DNA from: a virus
Lineage: Duplodnaviria; Caudoviricetes
Length of the DNA stretch: 35,100 bases
Strand: one strand, 5' to 3'
Virus record (IMG/VR): IMGVR_UViG_3300033067_002491
Location: 1-35,100 of that record
Positions 33,520-35,100 of the stretch are shown piece by piece. The number at the start of each line of letters is the position of its first letter. Position 1 is the first letter of the stretch. Under the pieces are notes generated by a model. It saw only the letters and a list, made by a program, of their open reading frames with translations, had not been told where the DNA came from and did not search any database. Both the position numbers and the translations under genes were made by a program.

Positions 33520-34388
33520 GACGCATCGCGCCCGGTGATCGTGCGGCTGCCGTCCGCGTAGGTGGCGGTAACGCGGTCGGTGGTGCCGTCGATCGACTTG
33601 AAGACGGGCGAGGCGCCTTCGAGCCCGCTGGCGTCGCCCTGGGCGACGGCGGCGAGCAGCCGCAGGATCTCGGCGGCGGTGTACCCGGACTCGATCACCT
33701 CGGTCCACGGGTTGGCCGCGCTGCCGGCGTCATTCAGCTTCTCGCCCATGGTGCCGGCGGTGTTGTTGGCCGAGGCCAGCGCGGACCAGACGGCCTCGCC
33801 GACGTTGGCGGTGGTGAGGCCGGTGCCGGTGACGACGAGGTCCGCGGCCATCGCGCCCGTGCCGGTAAGCGTGGCGTCGAGGTCGCTCGCTCCGGTGAGC
33901 GCCGCGATCAACGCACCGAGTCCCGTCGCGCTGCCTGCCGCGACGCCGCTGCCGGAGAGCGCGGCGGCGAGCTGCAGGAAGGCCTTGACGTCGGCCGCGG
34001 ACACCGCGCCGCTGCCGGTGACGGCGGCGACGAGCTGGACGATCAGGCCGCCGGTGGCGGTGAGGCTGCCGGAACCGGAGATCGAGGCCTCGGCGAGCTT
34101 GACGGCCCAGACGTCGGCATCGGACACGTCGCCAGTGCCGGTGACGCTGTTGCGGGCTGCGAGCGCGCCGGCCTTCTGAGGCATCATCCAGACGTTCGGA
34201 TGCCGGTTGCCGGAAGGCAGGCCGACCTTGTCGTCAGTGATGCCCTGCCCGGCCGTGAGGTTGCGGATCGCGCCGGTGCGGGCGTACCCGCCCCAGTCGG
34301 ACGACGGGTAAGCGTTGTTCGACGCCGTCGCGCCGAAGAACCGGAACACGCCGGTGGTGTCCCGAAAGCCGTTTTGCAGCAGGCCCAC
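33516..34388 (-). CDS. Gly/Ala/Thr-rich putative structural protein (290 aa)
   Basis: GTG start overlapping the upstream TAG. Repeated A.[LIV][ST]GSG.[LV] units. TAAEILRLLAAVAQG C-terminal motif. Confidence 0.7.
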   Translation of the reverse strand: MGLLQNGFRDTTGVFRFFGATASNNAYPSSDWGGYARTGAIRNLTAGQGITDDKVGLPSGNRHPNVWMMPQKAGALAARNSVTGTGDVSDADVWAVKLAEASISGSGSLTATGGLIVQLVAAVTGSGAVSAADVKAFLQLAAALSGSGVAAGSATGLGALIAALTGASDLDATLTGTGAMAADLVVTGTGLTTANVGEAVWSALASANNTAGTMGEKLNDAGSAANPWTEVIESGYTAAEILRLLAAVAQGDASGLEGASPVFKSIDGTTDRVTATYADGSRTITGRDAS

Positions 34389-34540
34389 TACAGCGCCTCG
34401 GCCGCCAACTCGTGCCCGGCCGCGACCAGGGCTTCGCGGTCCACCTGCCGCTGCAGGTCGGCCACCAGCGCGGCGAGCTTGTAGGGGTCGCCCTTCCACT
34501 GCTCCGCGTCCTTGACGAGGTCGAGGATGCGCTTGTCCAT
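34388..34540 (-). CDS. Small hypothetical protein (50 aa)
   Basis: MDKRILDLVKDAEQWKGDPYKLAALV..., coupled on both sides. Confidence 0.6.
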   Translation of the reverse strand: MDKRILDLVKDAEQWKGDPYKLAALVADLQRQVDREALVAAGHELAAEAL

Positions 34541-35100
34541 CACGAGCCGCCGTAGCCGTAGTCGAAGTCGACGTTGACGGTGCCGCCCGACGTCGTGGCG
34601 CCAGTCTGGAACAGCAGGAACTGGATGTTGGCGCCGTCGGGGATCTTGCGCATCGACGGCAGTGCGTTGACGAAGTCGACCTTGCTGTAGAGGCCGGTGG
34701 CCGGGATCGGGATGGTCCACAGCGGCTTGCACAGCCCGATGATCACGGTGCCGGAGGCGTGCGCGGTGCCGGACCAGACGAGCGACACGATGTCGCTGAC
34801 CCCGGTATCGCCCGCGGCGAGCGGCAGGAACGGGTTGTACTTGTTCGCCGCCGCGCCGGTGTTGAGCAGCTGCCCGACGCCGAGCGACGCCGTCGAGGTG
34901 AACGTGGTTGTCGCGCCCGCGCCGCCGCCGGTGTCGAGGTAGTTGATCACGCAGGTCGGAGCGTTGGCGCCGAGCGCGGTGTCGGCCGCGACGAAGAGAC
35001 GCAGACCCTCGCCGTTGCCGTAGCGGTCGCCCTTGCTGCCGGTGTTGGCGATTGCGGTCATCGTCACGGTCTTCGTGCCGGTGGTCGAGACGTTGGTGCC
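34540..35100 (-). CDS. Beta-rich putative structural protein, 5'-truncated by the window edge
   Basis: Frame is open to position 35100. RYGNGEGLRLF, PFLPLAAGDTGV, LCKPLWTIPI, LPSMRKIPDGA. Confidence 0.7.
   Translation of the reverse strand, partial: GTNVSTTGTKTVTMTAIANTGSKGDRYGNGEGLRLFVAADTALGANAPTCVINYLDTGGGAGATTTFTSTASLGVGQLLNTGAAANKYNPFLPLAAGDTGVSDIVSLVWSGTAHASGTVIIGLCKPLWTIPIPATGLYSKVDFVNALPSMRKIPDGANIQFLLFQTGATTSGGTVNVDFDYGYGGS

Larger units (their letters stand above)
1..35100. mobile_element. Temperate tailed phage (siphovirus-like, lambdoid organisation), excised/attP form, incomplete at the right edge
   Basis: Continuous replication, immunity, early, integrase, lysis, tail and head modules. 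No host housekeeping genes. Confidence 0.96.

Overview
The whole window is a very GC-rich temperate siphovirus genome, probably of a betaproteobacterium (inference from protein families and the tRNA target), read in reverse of the usual orientation. From left to right it carries: a putative cos-proximal end, a Zn-finger Q-like antiterminator, an iteron/DnaA-box origin, a TOPRIM primase-SF3 helicase fusion, a lambdoid cro/cI switch with four TTATC-N5-GATAA operators, a long early operon on the + strand, a large serine integrase, then lysis, tail and head genes on the - strand. Terminase and portal are not in the window. Integrase and lysis genes converge with no host DNA between them, so this looks like the excised or virion form with an intact attP. 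Two things stand out. (1) The repressor-controlled early operon contains a translationally coupled ubiquitin-like conjugation cassette (PRTRC E, C/Ubl, F, B/E2, A/JAB, ThiF/E1, with no ParB or protein D in the window) where lambdoid phages normally carry recombination genes. (2) The attP core, a 24-bp copy of a tRNA-Glu 3' end, lies inside the integrase reading frame, so integration would swap off a C-terminal tail ending in an ssrA-like LAA. All calls come from reading motifs and gene order by eye; no database search was run. Many start codons were re-picked relative to the supplied ORF track.
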